From positions 672,001-736,000 of the forward strand of contig CAWCAG010000009.1 of the NCBI GenBank assembly GCA_963793425.1: a DNA stretch of 64,000 nucleotides, written 5' to 3'. A program made the translations under genes and the position numbers. The notes under the pieces were generated by a model. The model saw only the letters and a list, made by a program, of their open reading frames with translations. It searched no databases and had not been told where the DNA came from. This DNA comes from an uncultured cyanobacterium. Its GTDB lineage: Bacteria; Cyanobacteriota; Cyanobacteriia; Cyanobacteriales; CAWCAG01. Within the stretch, counting starts at the first letter, position 1, and every line of letters starts with the position of its first letter. Shown piece by piece: positions 58,940 to 64,000 of this stretch.

Positions 58940-59707
58940 TTGAAATTGTACTTAATATCAAGGAGATTCGAGTTGAAGCCCTATTCCCAAATTCCGATCA
59001 AAGAATGTGGTGAACCTTTAGTAGCTATACCTTTAACAGAATTTGCTGTAGAAAGTCCCCATCCTTATGAAAAATTAGGGGCTCCTTATGGAGTGTGTGG
59101 GCAAAGCCGGGCGGAGGCATCGCCCTATTATCTTCGCCAAGGGGTTTTAGAAGCTTTGATTTTGGCACAACAAGAGTTACAGCATTTTCTTCCTGGAGGC
59201 AGGATTAAGATTTTTGATGCTTATCGTCCTGTGGAAGTGCAGCAATTTATGGTGGATTATACTTTCACTCAAGTAATCAACCAGAAAAACTTAAAGTTAG
59301 AGGAATTATCAACTAACCAACAGCAGGAGATTTGGCAGGAAGTATATAAAATTTGGGCCATTCCCAGTTATAACCTAGCTACACCACCACCCCATAGCAC
59401 AGGGGCCGCTATTGATATTACCTTAGTTGATAGTAGTGGAAAAGAACTAAACATGGGTTCAGAAATTGATGAACTTTCGGCGCGATCGCAAGCTGATTAT
59501 TATGCAAAAAGTAACAATCTAGAAGAACAGCAATACCATAACCACCGAGAATTATTACATAAAAGTATGGGTGAAGCTGGCTTTAAGCGTCACCGAGATG
59601 AATGGTGGCACTTTTCCCTGGGAGATCAAATGTGGGCTTGGTTGTGGCAGCAAGAAAATTCTGGCGGCTCTTTTTTGGCAAAGTATGGGAGAATGTCGGA
59701 GGGCTAA
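58940..59707 (+). CDS. D-Ala-D-Ala dipeptidase (M15D, VanX/DdpX-like)
   Basis: FDAYRP, PPHSTGAAIDITL, MG..D, EWWHF. Confidence 0.9.
   Translation: MKLYLISRRFELKPYSQIPIKECGEPLVAIPLTEFAVESPHPYEKLGAPYGVCGQSRAEASPYYLRQGVLEALILAQQELQHFLPGGRIKIFDAYRPVEVQQFMVDYTFTQVINQKNLKLEELSTNQQQEIWQEVYKIWAIPSYNLATPPPHSTGAAIDITLVDSSGKELNMGSEIDELSARSQADYYAKSNNLEEQQYHNHRELLHKSMGEAGFKRHRDEWWHFSLGDQMWAWLWQQENSGGSFLAKYGRMSEG
59098..59118. mobile_element. 21-nt SDR-type mini-insertion in a degenerate HIP1 site
   Basis: GTG|TGGGCAAAGCCGGGCGGAGGC|ATCGC, same family as 12967-12987. Confidence 0.7.
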
Positions 59708-59766
59708 AGGTTCAAACCATTTTTGACTTTTAATTTTTACCTAATCACCAATCCTTAACTTGTACT

Positions 59767-60147
59767 ATGCGCGTTTATGTTCTTTTGTTCAATGCCCGCA
59801 CTGAAAACGAAGGCATTCATAGTATTCAAATTAGCGGCCGCAACCAAGTGTTGATGTTTGAGTCGGAAGACGATGCTACCCGTTTTGCTTTAATGTTGGA
59901 GGCCCAGGATTTTCCTTTAGCCACAGTTGAGGAGATTGATTCTGAAGAGGTAGAAAGTATTTGTCGTGATGCTGGTTATGGTTATAAGCTAGTAGAACAA
60001 GGAACCCTTGAACTTCCCCCAGAACAGAATGTAGAAGACAAAGACTGGGATTTGGAAGGTCAGGAAAAGCAAGAACAAGAAGAAACATCCGAAACAGAAA
60101 TGTCTGATCTTGATCGCATTCGCCAACAACTTGAAGGATTGTTGTAG
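59767..60147 (+). CDS. DUF3110 family protein
   Basis: VYVLLF..EGIH...VLMFESEDDATRFA..LEAQDF. Confidence 0.8.
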   Translation: MRVYVLLFNARTENEGIHSIQISGRNQVLMFESEDDATRFALMLEAQDFPLATVEEIDSEEVESICRDAGYGYKLVEQGTLELPPEQNVEDKDWDLEGQEKQEQEETSETEMSDLDRIRQQLEGLL

Positions 60148-60179
60148 TTAATCGCTAATCCCTAATTGCTTAACCGTCA

Positions 60180-61115
60180 ATGAAAAAAATTCCCACAAGA
60201 GGTCACCTCTTAACAGAACAGAATAATCCTCAAAGTCACAACCTTGATCAACTTACCTCTTTGGAAATAGTAGACCTTTTTAATCAAGAAGATCGTCGAA
60301 CCATTGAGGCGATCGCCCAAACTCGGACTCAGTTAGCCCAGACTATTGACATCACCGCAGAAGCTTTGAGTCAAGGTGGGAGACTTTTATATGTTGGGGC
60401 TGGTACTAGTGGGCGTTTAGGGGTCTTAGATGCGGCAGAATGTCCCCCCACCTTTTGTACTCCCCCGGAAATGGTACAAGGGATAATCGCTGGAGGTGCG
60501 GCTGCCTTGGTACGTAGTTCCGAAGCCCTTGAAGATAGACCACAGGATGGGGCAGAAGCGATCGCCCGTTGTAAGGTAAATGAATTGGATGTTGTCATTG
60601 GTATAACAGCCGGGGGAACAACTCCTTATGTTCACGGTGCTTTGCAAGCAGCAAAAGAAAGGGGGGCCGCCAGTATTTTTATCGCTTGTGTCCCAGTCAA
60701 TCAAGTTCCTAGTGATGCCAATCTCGATATTCGCCTTTTAGTTGGTCCAGAAATTTTAGCAGGTTCAACACGGCTTAAAGCAGGAACCGTGACCAAAATG
60801 GCTTTAAATATTATTTCTACCGGAGTAATGGTTAAGCTAGGGAAAGTTTACGGCAATCGTATGGTAGATGTCTCTGTAACGAATAGTAAACTCCTCGACC
60901 GTTCCCTCGGCATAATCAAAGACTTAACAGACTTAACCACAGAAGAAGCCCATAACTTACTAGAAGATAGCGAAAAACAAGTTAAATTAGCTTTGCTTAG
61001 GCATTGGACTGGGTTAAAAAAGGAAGAAGGGAAGATTTTACTAGCACAAAATCAAGGTAATCTGAGAGCAGCATTAAACTCTTCAACCTCAAAAACCTCA
61101 ACAACCTGCACTTAA
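60180..61115 (+). CDS. murQ: N-acetylmuramic acid 6-phosphate etherase
   Basis: GAGTSGRLG.LDA.ECPPTF, GSTRLKAGT, GN.MVDV. Confidence 0.95.
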   Translation: MKKIPTRGHLLTEQNNPQSHNLDQLTSLEIVDLFNQEDRRTIEAIAQTRTQLAQTIDITAEALSQGGRLLYVGAGTSGRLGVLDAAECPPTFCTPPEMVQGIIAGGAAALVRSSEALEDRPQDGAEAIARCKVNELDVVIGITAGGTTPYVHGALQAAKERGAASIFIACVPVNQVPSDANLDIRLLVGPEILAGSTRLKAGTVTKMALNIISTGVMVKLGKVYGNRMVDVSVTNSKLLDRSLGIIKDLTDLTTEEAHNLLEDSEKQVKLALLRHWTGLKKEEGKILLAQNQGNLRAALNSSTSKTSTTCT

Positions 61116-61126
61116 AATCACCAACC

Positions 61127-62650
61127 ATGTTTACTGGATCTGATACCACCGCAACCTTTCTCATTGTTCTCTCGGCCTTGGGTATTTTGGCTTGGGGGTA
61201 CAACAGGGCCAGACCCTATGGCAAATTAGGTGTTATTGCCTGGTTACAGTCCGTCATACTTATAGCCCCTTGGCTGATTTTTTTCAGCTTATTTGCTGTT
61301 GGTGTTTACCTCAATATTGTGGGTATTTTGCTTTTACTACTCATATCTGTAGGAATTTATATTTATTTAGGCAGAAAGTTAAGGGCAGAAGGTCAAGAAG
61401 CGATGTTACGAGAACGGGCTTCTCGGAGATTAAAAGAACAAGAAGAAGTTACCTCAACCCCACAACCTACTGATACCTTCTCGGCTGCAAAAGAGTCCAC
61501 AGAAGGGGAGTTCACTCCAGAAATCATTCCCATCCCGGAAGAGGATCTCAACATTATTAGAGGCATTTTCGGCATTGATACTTTCTTTGCCACAGAAACA
61601 ATTCCTTACCAAGAAGGGGCTATTTTCAAAGGAAATTTACGAGGAGAACCAGAAGAAGCCCATTCTCGCTTATCTACTAACTTAAAAAACTTGCTGGGAG
61701 ATAAATATCGCCTCTTTTTAGTAGAAAGTCCTGAAGGTAAACCAACAATTATTGTTCTGCCTAGCAGCAATGATCCTCAACCCAGTACCACAGCCCAAAA
61801 ATTTCTGGCCTTAGCGCTTTTGATTGTTACCATTGCCACTACTTTAGAAGCGGCAGGCTTGCTATTAAGTTTCGACTTATTCAGTAATATAAATCGCCTG
61901 GGGGAAGCCTTACCCTTAAGCCTGGGGATTTTAGGGTTACTTGCAGCCCATGAAATTGGTCATCTCGTTGCGGCTAAACGTTACAACGTGCGTCTTAGTT
62001 TCCCTTTTTTGATTCCTAGCTGGCAAATTGGTTCTTTCGGGGCGATTACCCGTTTTGAGTCTTTATTAGCCAATCGCACAGTCCTTTTCGATATTGCCCT
62101 AGCTGGTCCAGCATCTGGGGGGATAGTTTCTTTACTAATGTTAGTAACTGGTTTAATTCTTTCTCATCCCGGCAGTCTTTTTCAATTGCCTAGCCAATTT
62201 TTTCAACAGTCAGTATTAGTAGGAACTTTAGCTAAAGCTATTTTAGGTTCAGCATTACAAGAACCTTTAGTTGATATTCATCCCTTAACTATAATTGGTT
62301 GGTTAGGCTTGGTGATTACAGCCTTGAATTTAATACCTGCCGGACAGTTAGACGGGGGCAGGATTGTTCAAGCAATTTATGGTCGCAAAATAGCAAGGCG
62401 TACCACCATCGCCGCTTTAGTTATTTTGGGCATAGTGGCTTTAGTTAATCCTGTTAATCCTATTCCTCTATATTGGGCAATTTTGATTCTGTTTTTACAA
62501 CGAGATTTAGAGCGTCCTAGTCTCAATGAATTAACTGAACCAGACGACGCTAGGGCAGCTTTAGGCTTACTAGCTTTGTTTTTGATGTTAACTGCTTTGA
62601 TTCCTTTAACTCCTAGTTTGGCAGGAAGTTTGGGAATTGGTGGTTCTTGA
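61127..62650 (+). CDS. Site-2 protease (M50, EGY-like)
   Basis: HEIGH, NLIPAGQLDGG, GNLRG. Confidence 0.9.
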   Translation: MFTGSDTTATFLIVLSALGILAWGYNRARPYGKLGVIAWLQSVILIAPWLIFFSLFAVGVYLNIVGILLLLLISVGIYIYLGRKLRAEGQEAMLRERASRRLKEQEEVTSTPQPTDTFSAAKESTEGEFTPEIIPIPEEDLNIIRGIFGIDTFFATETIPYQEGAIFKGNLRGEPEEAHSRLSTNLKNLLGDKYRLFLVESPEGKPTIIVLPSSNDPQPSTTAQKFLALALLIVTIATTLEAAGLLLSFDLFSNINRLGEALPLSLGILGLLAAHEIGHLVAAKRYNVRLSFPFLIPSWQIGSFGAITRFESLLANRTVLFDIALAGPASGGIVSLLMLVTGLILSHPGSLFQLPSQFFQQSVLVGTLAKAILGSALQEPLVDIHPLTIIGWLGLVITALNLIPAGQLDGGRIVQAIYGRKIARRTTIAALVILGIVALVNPVNPIPLYWAILILFLQRDLERPSLNELTEPDDARAALGLLALFLMLTALIPLTPSLAGSLGIGGS

Positions 62651-62824
62651 TTTTAAGTTTACAAAGCCTTTTTAACTATTAATACCTCTATCTTGAGTTA
62701 TAATTTTTAACGAAAGTGCGTAGGTAAAGTCCCATCGTAGACAGCGCCTAAATGACTAACATAATTGTAAGTTCGCTCTTGTTGCTTAAAATCTAATTTA
62801 AAGTAGTAGGGAGGCTAGAGAGTT

Positions 62825-64000
62825 ATAGATTACTCAAGCTGGAATGATTCAATTGCTAAGCATTTCTTTAACTCAGAAATGGCTGATTCTACTGTTCATT
62901 TGTATGTTACAGAAGAACTAATTAACGAAATTGGTAAAGAAAAAAAAGTTGATTGTCAAAATTTTATTAAGGCTATTAAAAGGTCTGTAGGTGAAAGAGG
63001 AATTTGCCAAAAAGCTTTAGATAGCTGGGAGAATTGGAAGTATAGACGCTCAAAGCAAGGATTATCCCCCCTTATATTGGCTATTTATCTCTATTTGTAC
63101 TTGCCGCAGGAATTGAGGCGGAAGAATTTTCTGAAAATGCTTATTATCCTCGTTTGAGAAAACTTTTAGGAGAAGAAGCAAAAAAAGGACAGTATCCTCG
63201 TTTTAATGAGATGCGTCAACTTTGGGAAGATTTAGAAAAGTGGTCAAAGGAAGATAAAGAAGGCGAATATGGAATTTTTAATTGTTTGACAGTTGGCAAA
63301 AATAATCATATTGATTTGCCGTTGGCACAAACTTTACTTTCAGAAAAAGAACGCAAAGGTTTACCAATTTTTTTTGCAGAAGCTGGTTTAGAATCTGATA
63401 GTTCGGTTTCAGAACAAGCAATACAATTTTTACTGTCAAAACACGGTAACAATTTTCTCCGCAAGCGTACTCAAAGGCTTTTAGAAAATAATAAACATGA
63501 AGATTTACGTCAAGCTTTAATAGAAAGGGTACTTGAAGAATTAGAAGCTTGGGATGGTACTTTTCAAGAAACTGAAGCAGAAGAACAAAAGAAATTTTCA
63601 GGAACATTGAGACTATGTTGCCAACTGGATACAGTGGCACAAAGAGTTAGAACAAGCCTCCGTTGTCATACTAAATCTGAATTTCCTGAAGAAGGATTAC
63701 AGTTGAAAATAGATGACCAGTCTCAAGCATTTTACTGCGAAGAATATGACAGTGAATGGTCTTCAGTTATCAAAAATATTGAGGCTAACGACCTAGATTG
63801 GCAACAAGGTTTGAGAATGCAATCAAATGATGGAAAATGGCAATTTAGGCTCAAACCATCGTCAATTCGTTTTTTTATTAGTGGAGAGGAAGAAGGATTA
63901 CCAGGATGGATTGAAGTTTGGCAAATTCCTCAGAATCAGCCTTTTCAAATCATAGCTAAACAGGAAGAGTTAACATTAATAGAACAGTGGGGAGAGTCTC
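62825..64000 (+). pseudogene. Large hypothetical protein, frameshifted near 63067, runs off the window end
   Basis: Frame open from ATA 62825 (after GGGAGG) giving DYSSWNDSIAKHFFNSEMAD..; a second frame from the C6 run (PPYIGYLSLFVLAA..AYYPRLRKLLG..) stays open to 64000. Confidence 0.6.

Noticed and set aside
63278..63640. 120-aa minus-strand ORF
   Set aside because: Shadow of the long plus-strand frame running off the window

Overview
Cyanobacterial chromosomal segment (frequent HIP1 GCGATCGC, heptamer STRR-type repeats, cyanobacterial gene set). Most of it is ordinary: the tail of a partly decayed sulfotransferase/glycosyltransferase cluster, two giant Ser/Thr-kinase-AAA-GAF sensors, moeB, lpxD, bolA-grxD, dps, a flotillin operon, gcvT, exbBD, yidD, murQ and an S2P protease. 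The standout is a ~5 kb, single-strand island at 31.36-36.31 kb behind a consensus sigma70 promoter. It carries 8 mostly atypical tRNA genes interleaved with a macrodomain protein, a retropepsin-like protease, an OB-fold/Rnl2-type RNA ligase and a NADAR protein. It also holds two unannotated structured RNAs. (i) A ~245-nt RNA closed by a perfect 13-bp stem joins a sarcin-ricin loop (AGTACGAGAGGA) to a near-complete 23S H42-H44 GTPase-associated centre, i.e. a candidate miniature mimic of the ribosome's translation-factor binding site. (ii) A 260-nt tRNA-shaped RNA with alanine identity (G3.U70, A73) has its anticodon arm replaced by a ~190-nt structured insert. Also seen: a solitary NsiR1-like sRNA with a DIF1 (TCCGGA) promoter, 21-25-nt mobile mini-insertions inside two CDSs and a tRNA, a GT2-haemagglutinin-CHAT fusion, and several 1-nt frameshifts that may be assembly errors. 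No searches were run; reference rRNA/sRNA sequences and family assignments are from recall.
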